Source of the DNA: a virus
IMG/VR virus record: IMGVR_UViG_3300042453_002958
Location: 1-64,000 of that record
DNA length: 64,000 bases
Reading direction: 5' to 3' (one strand)
Shown here: piece by piece, positions 38,453 to 48,192 of the stretch
Layout: every line of letters starts with the position of its first letter
Position numbering within the stretch: position 1 is the first letter of the stretch
Position numbers and translations under genes: made by a program
Notes under the pieces: model-generated
The model's database searches: none
Told to the model about the DNA's origin: nothing
The model's input: only the letters and a program-made list of their open reading frames with translations

Positions 38453-39504
38453 AGGTCGCCATCTACGCCCTCGCGAAGAACGAGTCCGCCAACGTGGCCC
38501 GCTGGGAGGAGTCGTGCCGGGACGCGGACGTTCGCGTGGTCACTGACACCGGCTCCACCGACGACACCGTGCAGCTGCTGGAGGCCGCGGGGGTCACGGT
38601 GGCCCGCGGTGCCCCGATCCCGTGGCGGTGGGACGACGCCCACAACCTCTCGCTCATGCACGTCCCCGCGGACGTGGACGTGGCGATCCGGCTCGACCTG
38701 GACGAAGCCCTCGACCCCGGGTGGCGGGCGGCCCTGGAGGCCGCGTGGAAGCCGGAGACCACGAAGCTCCGCTACTGGTACTGGTGGTCAGACGCGCTCC
38801 GGTTTCGCTGCGACCGGATCCACTCCCGCACCGGCTACCGCTGGACGGGGGCGACCCACGAGGGGCTCGTGCGGTGGGACGGGGCCGAGGTGCAGACCTT
38901 CAACGACGACGTGGTGATCCGCCACCACCGGCAGCCCGGCAAGATGCACAAGAGCGACCTGTCGCTGCTCCGCCAGGCGGTCCGCGAGAATCCGGCCGAC
39001 GCGCGGATGCAGTGGTATTTCGCTCGGGAGCTCGACTACGCCGGAGAGGCCGAGGCCCGCGATTCGTTCGAGCGATACCTGCGGATGCCGGGCGGATCGC
39101 CGCACGAGCGGGCGTATGCCAGGCGAGTGCTTGCGAGACTGGAGCCATCCAATGCAAGCCGCCACCTGTTTCATGCCCTGACCGAATCTCCGGACGAGCC
39201 CGAGGTGACCGTCGCCGTGGCCGAGAAAGCGTGGGAGATGGGCGACTACGTCGGAACGCTCTACTGGGCACGTCAGGCCGTTTCGTGCCCGGAGGAGTCG
39301 ATGTCGCACGCCAGCGACCCGCGAGCGTATTCGGACGTCGCCCCGGACCTCGCCGCATCGGCGGCGATGAAACTCGGTCGCTACGCAGAAGCCCTCCGCC
39401 ACGCCCGCGAAGCCCTTCGCCGAAGCCCTAGCGACGAGCGGCTGGCCAAGAACGTCCGGCTACTTGAGACAATGGAATCGGAGGACGGCCCAAAGGCCGA
39501 ATAG
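38449..39504 (+). CDS. GT2 glycosyltransferase with C-terminal TPRs
   Basis: KNES, DTGSTDDT, LDLDE, THE motifs; TPR helices. Confidence 0.88.
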   Translation: MKVAIYALAKNESANVARWEESCRDADVRVVTDTGSTDDTVQLLEAAGVTVARGAPIPWRWDDAHNLSLMHVPADVDVAIRLDLDEALDPGWRAALEAAWKPETTKLRYWYWWSDALRFRCDRIHSRTGYRWTGATHEGLVRWDGAEVQTFNDDVVIRHHRQPGKMHKSDLSLLRQAVRENPADARMQWYFARELDYAGEAEARDSFERYLRMPGGSPHERAYARRVLARLEPSNASRHLFHALTESPDEPEVTVAVAEKAWEMGDYVGTLYWARQAVSCPEESMSHASDPRAYSDVAPDLAASAAMKLGRYAEALRHAREALRRSPSDERLAKNVRLLETMESEDGPKAE

Positions 39505-39507
39505 CCA

Positions 39508-39957
39508 ATGTCGATCGCCGTGCAGATTGCCGACTCGCTCGCCGCAGCCCTGTCGGCGTATCCGCTCTCCATGCCAGTGGCTGCTTCCCGCAAATACGTC
39601 CCTGACTACGACGGCACCGAGCTGCAGTCGCTGCGAGTGGCCGTGGTGCCGGGACCGATTGAGACCGAGCGCGTGGCGCGCGGACAAGACCTGTTCACGC
39701 ACTCTGTAATGGTCATGATTGGCAAGGCCACAGACGGCAGTAACGAGCAGATAGATCCGCTCATGCAGCTCTGCGAGGAGATCATGGACGCGATCCGCAG
39801 CGGCACCTTGGGCACTGCGGGGATGCCGGACAATGCGAAATACTTCGGCTCGACGTTCGACGCGACGTTTGACCGCGACAACCTCAACGACCGCCGCATG
39901 TTTCTCGCCCAGATCGGGGTTACGTACCGGGTGCCACGCGAACACGTATTGGTGTAG
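39508..39957 (+). CDS. Tail terminator/completion-like protein
   Basis: Homolog of 519-947. Confidence 0.55.
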   Translation: MSIAVQIADSLAAALSAYPLSMPVAASRKYVPDYDGTELQSLRVAVVPGPIETERVARGQDLFTHSVMVMIGKATDGSNEQIDPLMQLCEEIMDAIRSGTLGTAGMPDNAKYFGSTFDATFDRDNLNDRRMFLAQIGVTYRVPREHVLV

Positions 39958-39959
39958 CC

Positions 39960-40730
39960 ATGCAGTTCATGCCAATCGGCGGCAATCCATTCGGGGCCGC
40001 CCTCAGCGGCGGCTTTCGGATCCCGAGTATTTCGCTGCGGGTCAGCACGAGCTTTTTCTTTGACCGGGACGCCGTGAAGTCTTCCCTGAGCGCTATGGAG
40101 CTAAAGGCGCTCTCCAAGGGCTCGATGCGGATCAAGGACTACGCCAAGCGGTCCATTCGCAAGATGGGGGCAGGCCGCCCCCGGCTCAAGATCATGAAAG
40201 ACAACCCCGGGGTGGCGCTGGCCGCGCTCGCCTCCAGGCCGACGACGAGCCAGCGGACGCGACGCACGCTGCAAACCAGGATCATGGAGATTCAGACCAG
40301 GCCGCCGTCTCGCCCGGGCACGCCACCGCACACGCACGTCCCCTACTCGCACATGCTTGGGTTTCGCCGAAACCTGTGGAACTACTTTGATCCGCAGACA
40401 CGGTCGGCGGTGGTCGGTCCCAGCAAGAAGGGCAAGATGCTGCCATACCTGCATGAGTTCGGCGGGACTCAGACTCTGTCGGTTTGGGTATTTCGCAACC
40501 GCTACCCAGGTGGCCAGGTCATCACGAGAACCGGTGCCACAGGAGACCGGCCGAGAAACTCCGCGATGTGGCAGGTGACCTCGCAGCGGCGGACGGTCAC
40601 GTATCCTGAGCGGCCATTTATGCACCCAGCGATGATGCGTGCTGTCGCAAACGGGGATCTCGCGAAGGCGTTCGGCGGCCAGTTCAGCGTGGCGCAGGCC
40701 GGCCGCGGGACGTTCATCCGTGGGTCGTAG
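39960..40730 (+). CDS. Neck/tail completion protein
   Basis: PGTPPHTH, VVGP, HEFGG, YPERPFMHPA. Confidence 0.7.
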   Translation: MQFMPIGGNPFGAALSGGFRIPSISLRVSTSFFFDRDAVKSSLSAMELKALSKGSMRIKDYAKRSIRKMGAGRPRLKIMKDNPGVALAALASRPTTSQRTRRTLQTRIMEIQTRPPSRPGTPPHTHVPYSHMLGFRRNLWNYFDPQTRSAVVGPSKKGKMLPYLHEFGGTQTLSVWVFRNRYPGGQVITRTGATGDRPRNSAMWQVTSQRRTVTYPERPFMHPAMMRAVANGDLAKAFGGQFSVAQAGRGTFIRGS

Positions 40731-40787
40731 GCATGTATACTGACGTATAGGTACACTGACCTAGCCGCACAAGGAGCCTCCGCAGCC

Positions 40788-41156
40788 ATGCCAGCCCACA
40801 CGTACTACCTCGGCAAGAACGGGACGTTCACTTTCTCGGCGGGAATCGCCAACAACGACGTCAAGACGGTCACCGTCAATCGCGAGACCGCTGCCGAGGC
40901 AGACGTGACGACCAGGGCAAGCGGTGACGAGCAGGAGTTCGCCTTTGTGCGAAAGAACACGTCGATCGACGTGGTCGTGCTGCACCACACGATCACCGGC
41001 GGCCTCGGGACGACCGGCACGATCACCTGCACGCTGTCGCCGAGCGGGCCGTTTGCCAGCCCTTCGGGCGTGTTCCAGGTCATGAGCATTTCAGAGTCGC
41101 AGGATCTCGACAACGCCGTTGAATGGACTGTCAACCTTCGCAAGACGGCTGGTTGA
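40788..41156 (+). CDS. Tail tube protein paralog 1
   Basis: AAGGAG RBS; VKTVTV...EADVTTR, QDLDNAVE resemble 4902-5363. Confidence 0.65.
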   Translation: MPAHTYYLGKNGTFTFSAGIANNDVKTVTVNRETAAEADVTTRASGDEQEFAFVRKNTSIDVVVLHHTITGGLGTTGTITCTLSPSGPFASPSGVFQVMSISESQDLDNAVEWTVNLRKTAG

Positions 41157-41180
41157 TCGGCCCAACGAAACAGGTGGGCC

Positions 41181-41552
41181 GTGGCCAACGAGAAGTTCGT
41201 CCTTGGGCGCGAGTGCGTGTTTCGCGTGGACGGGCTCCTTACGCTGCGGAGCGTCCGTGACGTAGGCGTGAGGAGAACCACGACAGAGGTGGATGCGACT
41301 GGCTACGGCCACTCGTCTCGTTCGTCAGTCGTGACCCACCGCACTTACGAGATCGACGTCGAGGTTTTTGATCCGGAGGAAGTCGAGGCGCTGCGGAACG
41401 CCGAGTCTTCCGACACGCCGATCACTGTGACGACGACCAATGGGCTCATGCCCATAAGCGGCAAGTTCACCATTCACGAAGTCGTCGCCGATGAGGGCAT
41501 CGACGACGCTGTCGTGGCACGATTTTCACTGAGGCAGTGGGGCCACCCATGA
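41181..41552 (+). CDS. Tail tube protein paralog 2
   Basis: LGRECV, VRDVGV...EVDAT, IDDAVV resemble 4902-5363. Confidence 0.6.
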   Translation: MANEKFVLGRECVFRVDGLLTLRSVRDVGVRRTTTEVDATGYGHSSRSSVVTHRTYEIDVEVFDPEEVEALRNAESSDTPITVTTTNGLMPISGKFTIHEVVADEGIDDAVVARFSLRQWGHP

Positions 41553-42106
41553 AGACGTTCACGGACACCGAGGGCAGGCTTTGGAATGTTCGCGGGAGTC
41601 TAGGGGCTTTCGAGCGAGTGAAGACATCGACCGGCGTGGACATGCTTGACCTGCCGACCACGCAAAACTGTCTCAAGGAGATCAACAACGTATTCACGCT
41701 GGGGCGCGTGCTCTACGCGATGTGCCAAGAGCAAGCGGATGGCCGCGGGCTGACGCCGGAGCAGTTCGCCGACGCCTTCAATGCCGACACGCTGCACGAT
41801 GCGAGCAACGCTCTGCTCGATGAGGTGGTTTTTTTTTGCCGGAAGGAGATGCGGCCAGTGCTGCAGATGGCGCTGGACAAGGCGAGGCAGGCCGACGCCA
41901 GGATCGTGGAGACGATGCAGTCGAGGGTGCAGAGCATGGAGCGCCACATGGACGTCGCGATCGAGAACCTGTTGACATCTACAAGCTCTGCTACGAGCTC
42001 GCCGGCGTCATCGGAGTCCATCCAGCAGAGTGGACCCTACGCGGGCTCATCTGGGCCGCCACGGCCAAGCAGAAAGAGGCGTGGGGTCACACCTCAACCG
42101 TCGTAG
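41549..42106 (+). CDS. Tail assembly chaperone (G form)
   Basis: Homolog of 5367-5924; T9 run 41829-41837. Confidence 0.75.
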   Translation: MKTFTDTEGRLWNVRGSLGAFERVKTSTGVDMLDLPTTQNCLKEINNVFTLGRVLYAMCQEQADGRGLTPEQFADAFNADTLHDASNALLDEVVFFCRKEMRPVLQMALDKARQADARIVETMQSRVQSMERHMDVAIENLLTSTSSATSSPASSESIQQSGPYAGSSGPPRPSRKRRGVTPQPS

Positions 42107-42243
42107 CCCAGCACTACTCGATCCACCGCGACCCCAAGAAGCGGCGAGAGCCCTACCAGCCCAACGAGTTCAATCCGTTCCACGAAAAAGCGAAGCCGAA
42201 GATGCTGGACGAGAAATCCCTCGCTGAAATGTTTGGGGACTGA
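41829..42243 (+). CDS. Tail assembly chaperone T extension via predicted -1 frameshift
   Basis: -1 frame open from T9; LAGVIGVHP..WTLRGL...FNPF. Confidence 0.65.
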
Positions 42244-42245
42244 AC

Positions 42246-44561
42246 ATGGCCGGCGCTGGTGGAGTCCGTGCGGGCGGTGCCTTCGTAGAGATCTACGCGA
42301 AGGATACCCGTTTCCAGCAGGCCATGGCCCGCGTGCAGGGACGGCTCAAGGCGATCGGATCCACGATGCAGTCCCTAGGCACGTCGATGTCGCTGGTCGG
42401 CACCGCTTTGGGCATCCCCATGGTGCTCGCCGCCAAGACTGCGGCGAAGTTTGAAGACGCGATGCTCGGCATGAAGGCCGCGGCCGGCCTGACCGACGGC
42501 GAACTAAAGGCCGTCGAGAAGGCGGCCCTCGATTTGTCCAAAACCATGGGGGTCGCGCCGTCCGGCATCGCGGAGGCGTTTCTGGAGTTGCTCAAGGCCG
42601 GCATGTCGCTGGAGCAGGTGCTGGGCGGTGCGGGCAAGGCGGCCGTGGAGTTCGCCCGCGTGTCGGGCGTCGAGATGGCAGAGGCAGCTGTGTTCATGAA
42701 GGTCTCGATGAACACGTTTGGAGTTTCGGCCACCGAAGCCGTCGATACGCTCTCTGCTGCTGCGGACGCGAGCGAAACGTCGATCGCGGCGATGGTTGAA
42801 TCGTTCGGGCTTGTCGGGTCTGCGGGGGCATTGTTCAACCAATCACTGTTCGATATTTCGCAAGGTCTCGCGGTGCTCGCCCGCTTCGGCATCAAGGGCG
42901 AGGAAGCCGGCACGGGGATCAAGACTGCCCTCATGCGTCTCACGTCGCCCTCGATGGAGGCGGAGGAGGCGCTGGCGAAGATCGGGCTGACGCTCGAAAA
43001 CTTTCGCAACGTGGACGGCGAGCTGTTGCCGCTCGTGCAGATCGTCGGCGTTCTCGAAAAGGCGCTTGAGGGCGTAGACCAGGTCATGAGAGACAGGATT
43101 CTCGGCCAGGTCTTTGGCGATCGCGGTATTCGTGTTGTCGGTGCGTTCCTCAACGTAGGCGTCGAAGGCTTCGGTGACATCGCGGACGCGATGGAGGCCA
43201 ACCTGCCGGTCGCGATGAAGTTTCAGATCCTCATGAGCGGAATCACCGGTGCGCTGCAGACCATGTACGCCGCCGTGGAGCGGTTGTCGATTGCGTTCGC
43301 CAAGGCCCTTGGCCCAAACATCGGCTACGCGGCTGCGGCGGCCGCACGATTCATCGACGTCGTGGCGGCCCTCATTGCCGCGTTCCCCGGCGTGGCGACG
43401 GCCGCGGCTGCAGGCACGGCTGCTCTGGTAGGGCTCGGCGTGGTGCTCATCACGACCGGGCTCGCGTTCAAGGTGCTGGCCGCTGCCGTCGGCATCTTCT
43501 CGGCGGCATTGGCCCTGCTCACTTCGCCGATCGGTATAGCCACGGCGGCGCTCGTGGGCGGCGTGGCGATCATGCTCGCGAATATGTACCAGCTATCGCC
43601 GGAGTTTGCGGCAGAGATGGACGCGATTATGGCGGCAGCCATGTCGCTGGATTTCGGCGTCGCGTGGGAGCTGATGAACATAAACCTAGCGATCGCATTG
43701 GTGAAGTTTCAGCAGTATTGGCACGACACATTTTCCGCCGTCAAAAATACCGTGATGGGCGTGAGCGACTTCATTGGCGACATGCTCACGGAGGGGCTCG
43801 ACAGGTTTCTCGGCTTGTTCGGATCGGACATTCTCTGGATGCAGGCCCAGTTGGAGCGTCTCGGCCTGTATTTCAAGGCGGCTTTCGATTGGGATTTCTG
43901 GATCAACGGGCTAGATGACGCCATCGCGGAGGTCGATGCCCGCGTGGAGCGTGAGCGCGAATCGCTGCCCACAGCCGACGCGAGAGCAGCGGCGAGGGAG
44001 TTCGAGCGAGATAGGCGGGCAGAAGAAAGACGCGCGGCTGACGCCGCGGCGGCGGATCTCACTCCGGAAGTCATCGCGGACCTGGAAGCACAACGGGATC
44101 GCATAAAGAGGCGTGCGGCTGCTGAGCGAGAGGCAAGAAAGCAGGAGACGAAGGGCAGCGAGGCAAAGCGTGGAGGGCCTGAGTTTCCGAACATGGACCC
44201 CACCGTTGGCGGCGTGAGCGCCAGGTCGATCGGCACGTTCTCGGCTGCGATCGCCGGGCGGGTCGGTGTCGGTCCGGAGTTGGCAACGATGCACACGATC
44301 GCGGCCAACACCGGAAGGGCTGCAGATGCGCTAGAAGGGATGCTCCGTGGTGACTTCAAGGGGGCCGCTCCGATCGGTGACGTCGAGGCCATGCGAGATG
44401 CCATAGCCGCCGCCGCCAAGAGTCCAGAGGCTGCGGTCGCCGGCGGCGCCGAGTCGCTGGTGACCCCAATGGAAATGACGGCCGCGTCTGTCGGCGAGGC
44501 CGCGCGTCATTTGAGCGAGCTGGTGAAGCTCGCCCGCTCCGGCGGTATCGCGTTCGCATAG
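42246..44561 (+). CDS. Tape measure protein with TP901-type core (771 aa)
   Basis: VRAGGAFVEI, GIKGEEAGTGIKTALMRL, QVFGDRG. Confidence 0.92.
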   Translation: MAGAGGVRAGGAFVEIYAKDTRFQQAMARVQGRLKAIGSTMQSLGTSMSLVGTALGIPMVLAAKTAAKFEDAMLGMKAAAGLTDGELKAVEKAALDLSKTMGVAPSGIAEAFLELLKAGMSLEQVLGGAGKAAVEFARVSGVEMAEAAVFMKVSMNTFGVSATEAVDTLSAAADASETSIAAMVESFGLVGSAGALFNQSLFDISQGLAVLARFGIKGEEAGTGIKTALMRLTSPSMEAEEALAKIGLTLENFRNVDGELLPLVQIVGVLEKALEGVDQVMRDRILGQVFGDRGIRVVGAFLNVGVEGFGDIADAMEANLPVAMKFQILMSGITGALQTMYAAVERLSIAFAKALGPNIGYAAAAAARFIDVVAALIAAFPGVATAAAAGTAALVGLGVVLITTGLAFKVLAAAVGIFSAALALLTSPIGIATAALVGGVAIMLANMYQLSPEFAAEMDAIMAAAMSLDFGVAWELMNINLAIALVKFQQYWHDTFSAVKNTVMGVSDFIGDMLTEGLDRFLGLFGSDILWMQAQLERLGLYFKAAFDWDFWINGLDDAIAEVDARVERERESLPTADARAAAREFERDRRAEERRAADAAAADLTPEVIADLEAQRDRIKRRAAAEREARKQETKGSEAKRGGPEFPNMDPTVGGVSARSIGTFSAAIAGRVGVGPELATMHTIAANTGRAADALEGMLRGDFKGAAPIGDVEAMRDAIAAAAKSPEAAVAGGAESLVTPMEMTAASVGEAARHLSELVKLARSGGIAFA

Positions 44562-44569
44562 GCAAACCA

Positions 44570-45514
44570 ATGGCATATCCAGAAGTTATCGAGCTGTTTG
44601 ATTCAGGCTCCGGCGGCCTGACGACGAACGACAAGGGTGGTCTGGAACGAGAGGTCACCCTACGGTGGCTCGTCTCGCAGAAGGCAAACTACCTGGCTGC
44701 CGAGCAGTGGGCCGTCGCAAACGCACCGCTCTACTGGTCTGGCCACAAGCGGGCCAGGCTCGACATTCGCGGATTGGGCAACTACTGGTGGGAGATCTCT
44801 GCCCAGTACGTGAATCTGTCGATTGAGTCCGACGAGGAGGAGCCGGATCCGCAGTCACAGGACTCCGGGTCTGGTTGCCAGGGGGTCTCGACGAGTATTT
44901 CGTTCGACACGAGCAGCGGCACCGCCCATATCACTCAGGCGAATAAGACAAACACGGCCGGGCTCGCGGGGGCCACCGGGCAGGCCAAGTACGCCAAGGC
45001 CGGCGAGACCGCGCCGGATACCGAAGGGGCCATCGACATCGAGGGGGACCAGGTCCGCGGCGTGGACGTGACGGTTCCGGCGTTCACGTTCTCGGAGACC
45101 TGGACGTTCCCAGCGGCGTGCGTCGTCGAGTCGTACCTTGAAACGCTCTACGAGCTTTCCGGCAAGATCAACAACGCGCCGTGGCGGATGTTTGGAAAGG
45201 GCGAGGTGCTGTTTCTCGGCGCTCGCGGCCAAGCCGAGCGCGGGGCGACGACTTGCCAAGTCACGTTCTCGTTCTCTGCCAGTCCGAATAAGACCGGCAT
45301 ACAGATCGGCGCAATCACCGGCATCGACAAGGGTGGCTGGGACTACCTCACGGTTACCTACGACACGGTTGCCGCCGCCGGGTCGCTCATCAAGCGGCCT
45401 CGATACGTCTACGTCAGCAGCGTCTACGAAGGCGCAGACTTCTCTCGGCTCGCTATCGGTGGCACACAGTTCCCAAGCGTGTACCAGCCGAAAAAGAACT
45501 TTGAGGCAAAGTGA
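44570..45514 (+). CDS. Distal tail/hub-like protein
   Basis: Homolog of 7748-8572. Confidence 0.6.
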   Translation: MAYPEVIELFDSGSGGLTTNDKGGLEREVTLRWLVSQKANYLAAEQWAVANAPLYWSGHKRARLDIRGLGNYWWEISAQYVNLSIESDEEEPDPQSQDSGSGCQGVSTSISFDTSSGTAHITQANKTNTAGLAGATGQAKYAKAGETAPDTEGAIDIEGDQVRGVDVTVPAFTFSETWTFPAACVVESYLETLYELSGKINNAPWRMFGKGEVLFLGARGQAERGATTCQVTFSFSASPNKTGIQIGAITGIDKGGWDYLTVTYDTVAAAGSLIKRPRYVYVSSVYEGADFSRLAIGGTQFPSVYQPKKNFEAK

Positions 45515-46305
45515 TGTCCTCCGGCGACCCGTATCGCAAGGCGCAGCCTGGCGAGAAGCTCACCATCCATGCGGCGACGTGGAACCGGATGGTGGACCTC
45601 GTCAGGCCGGCGGCTTCGTCGGCCCCAGGCGAGGAGTTTTCGTACCGGCGGACCAACTTTCGCGTCTATTGCCGAAATGATACGAGCGAAACGATACCGC
45701 AGTGGGGGGTGTTGCACATCGACGGCGTATTGCCTACGCCAAGCGGTGCGACTGGAGCCGAGGCCGACCAGTTTCAGTCGTCGCCAGCGATCATTGGCAT
45801 CACGCCAACCGGGACGACCAACGCTGGCTTCGTGGTTGCGGTGGAGCCGATTGAGAAAGATCAGTTGGGGATGGTGGCGATCGACGGCGTCGTCCAGTGC
45901 AAGTTGGACATCAAGGCTGCGGATCATCGGTTTGCCACGCCCAAGCCCGGCTCGGCGACCGAGCTGCAGACGGCGTCGTCCGGCGAGGCTGCGATTCTCT
46001 GGAAAGAGTCGGGCACCGGGACTGGCAAGTGGGGGCTCGTTCGGATTGGGGCCGGGGCGGGGGGCGGCGTGATGGTTGGCAAGATCACCGGGACGTGGGC
46101 AAAGGGTGGCACGCAAACGGTTTGGGAGCACACGGGCGCGGGCGAGCAGGTCAGCGGGCCTAGCGGGCCGGTTTCCATTACCGGCGTGAACAGATTTGCC
46201 AGCGTGTCCGCGACGGGGTCTGCGGCGAAGTGGGTGGCCGTGGCCAACGTCGATTCTCATTGGCACCTCATCGCGGCGGAGTGTTCTGATGATCCTCCTG
46301 CCTAA
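45511..46305 (+). CDS. Minor tail protein
   Basis: Homolog of 8569-9471. Confidence 0.6.
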   Translation: MMSSGDPYRKAQPGEKLTIHAATWNRMVDLVRPAASSAPGEEFSYRRTNFRVYCRNDTSETIPQWGVLHIDGVLPTPSGATGAEADQFQSSPAIIGITPTGTTNAGFVVAVEPIEKDQLGMVAIDGVVQCKLDIKAADHRFATPKPGSATELQTASSGEAAILWKESGTGTGKWGLVRIGAGAGGGVMVGKITGTWAKGGTQTVWEHTGAGEQVSGPSGPVSITGVNRFASVSATGSAAKWVAVANVDSHWHLIAAECSDDPPA

Positions 46306-47479
46306 CTGCACCTGCTGCGGATGCTCGGAAGAATGTTGCCGCACGCGCACCTACTCATACGAAGACACCGAGCCTCCAGGCAAATGGTTTGACGAATGTC
46401 CGAACATCGGAAACTGCGCCGATGGAGAAGATGCCGTCGTCGGCGACTGCGCTGATGATGTGATAGAGGGATACATTGTCGAGCGTTTCTGCAAGCAGTC
46501 GATAGCAGGCAAGGAGATCCACGCATTTCTGCGGGAAAACTCCAAGATCGACGACTACGGGACGATCGCGGGAATCGACACTATCGAGGAGTGCGGAATC
46601 CTCGGGATCATAGAGGCAGATCACGACATCACCAGCGAGTTGGAGTTTGAGGATGACGGGGCTTACTTGATCGCAAAGGTTCCGTTCCGCGCTGAAAACA
46701 GTCAGCTCGGCGGACCAGTCGGTGCTGCGGGCGTTGTGATCTGTTGGTGCTGTGTTGATCCGCAAGAGCCGCCGCCCGAAGGCGGCGTGTGCCCTTGCTG
46801 TGCCGGACCGCCGCCCCCTCCCCCGCCGTCTTGCTGCTCAAAACTGGATACGTGCGAGGATGGAACTCTTATCAAGAGGTGCGGTAAATACGTCCCGTCT
46901 CAATGTTGTAGCTCGCACCAAGAAGATAGTGAGTCTGCGGTCGAGATATGCGGAGGCGAGAGTCCCCCCGTTATCTCTTGCGAGGAGAACGGCCACTTCC
47001 CTGCGACCAATGCTCCGCACGACTGCCTAAACAGCGAGTTCCAGGGCGGCGCGTGGGTTACTGTTTCCGACTGGTCTGCTTTTGATCCGGCCGAGACAGA
47101 CCCAGACCTGATCGCGCTGTATGCCGAGGTTGACTCAAAGGTGAACCAGTCGTTTTTTGTTCCGTTTACTTGTCTAGGCGCAGCCACGAAGACGTTCGAT
47201 CTTGGCGTCGGAGCCGGAGCCGATAGGACAACTGCCGGCACTCGCTGCAATGACGCGAACTGGTTTGCAGAAGTGAGCGTCAATCTCTGCGCAAGAACTG
47301 CATCCGTAACTGTCAGCAACGACAGTTGCTGGTCTGCTACGGCTGTAGGAATAAACCTCTCGGACCTTACGGCTATCGGCGTTCCGTGCAACTCGTGGAC
47401 CGGGTGCATCTGCGAGGGGTTCAGTGGAGAGAACGAAGGATTCGGAGGCGGCGAGGTTGCCGTTTCCGCCTCCGCATAA
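46289..47479 (+). CDS. Cys-rich acidic tail tip protein
   Basis: About 33 Cys in about 396 aa by hand count; poly-Pro hinge. Confidence 0.55.
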   Translation: MILLPNCTCCGCSEECCRTRTYSYEDTEPPGKWFDECPNIGNCADGEDAVVGDCADDVIEGYIVERFCKQSIAGKEIHAFLRENSKIDDYGTIAGIDTIEECGILGIIEADHDITSELEFEDDGAYLIAKVPFRAENSQLGGPVGAAGVVICWCCVDPQEPPPEGGVCPCCAGPPPPPPPSCCSKLDTCEDGTLIKRCGKYVPSQCCSSHQEDSESAVEICGGESPPVISCEENGHFPATNAPHDCLNSEFQGGAWVTVSDWSAFDPAETDPDLIALYAEVDSKVNQSFFVPFTCLGAATKTFDLGVGAGADRTTAGTRCNDANWFAEVSVNLCARTASVTVSNDSCWSATAVGINLSDLTAIGVPCNSWTGCICEGFSGENEGFGGGEVAVSASA

Positions 47480-47488
47480 TGGTGGTGC

Positions 47489-47899
47489 ATGAACGAAATG
47501 TGTCAGTTTGAGCGGCAAGAAGACGGTGGCCTCGCGTGCCGAGTTTGCGGCCTGCGTGCCCCAAAAAGCTCCTCCAGTCCCGTCGCTGCTTGCCGTCCCC
47601 GTCGCCCGATAGTCTCCGCAGAACCGCAAGTCCCGATCTTTCGGAAAGCGGGAAACTTCGCGGTATCGGCAGCCAAGCACGTCGCCGCCGGGGCTCCACG
47701 ATGCACGGACGAGCAGGTCGCAGCGCGTTACGCGATCTGCGTCGGGTGCGAGCACTACGACGGGAGCGAGTGCCGGAAGTGCGGATGCCCCGTCGTTCGG
47801 AAACGCCAGTGGGTCAGCAAACTCTCCTGGGCCGGAGAGTCGTGCCCGGCCGGCAAATGGGGGCCGGTTACCGGGGTTGACGCCCCTCCCCAGCCGTAG
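47489..47899 (+). CDS. Cys-rich putative Zn-binding protein
   Basis: CRVC, RYAICVGC, CRKCGC, CPAGKW. Confidence 0.65.
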   Translation: MNEMCQFERQEDGGLACRVCGLRAPKSSSSPVAACRPRRPIVSAEPQVPIFRKAGNFAVSAAKHVAAGAPRCTDEQVAARYAICVGCEHYDGSECRKCGCPVVRKRQWVSKLSWAGESCPAGKWGPVTGVDAPPQP

Positions 47900-47940
47900 A
47901 CACTCGACCAGGTGGACGGCGGTACACCGCGGAGGTGCCG

Positions 47941-48192
47941 ATGGCTGATCGTCTCGTGGATCGGATCGCGGACCGGGTTTCGCGGCTGGAGCGAAAACCC
48001 CGCAACTTCTTCGAGCGGCTCCCGCCGGAGGCGCAGGCCGAGCTGCTCGACGTTCGCCGGCGGTTTCAGTCCGGTGAGCTGCAGACCTCCGCGTCGGCTC
48101 TCGCCGACCTCTTGATCGAGGAGTCGGCGGCCGACGGGATCGAGTTGTGCGGACCCCAGGGGCTGCGGGTATGGCTGACGCGAAACGACTGA
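47941..48192 (+). CDS. Hypothetical protein
   Basis: GGAGG RBS. Confidence 0.55.
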   Translation: MADRLVDRIADRVSRLERKPRNFFERLPPEAQAELLDVRRRFQSGELQTSASALADLLIEESAADGIELCGPQGLRVWLTRND

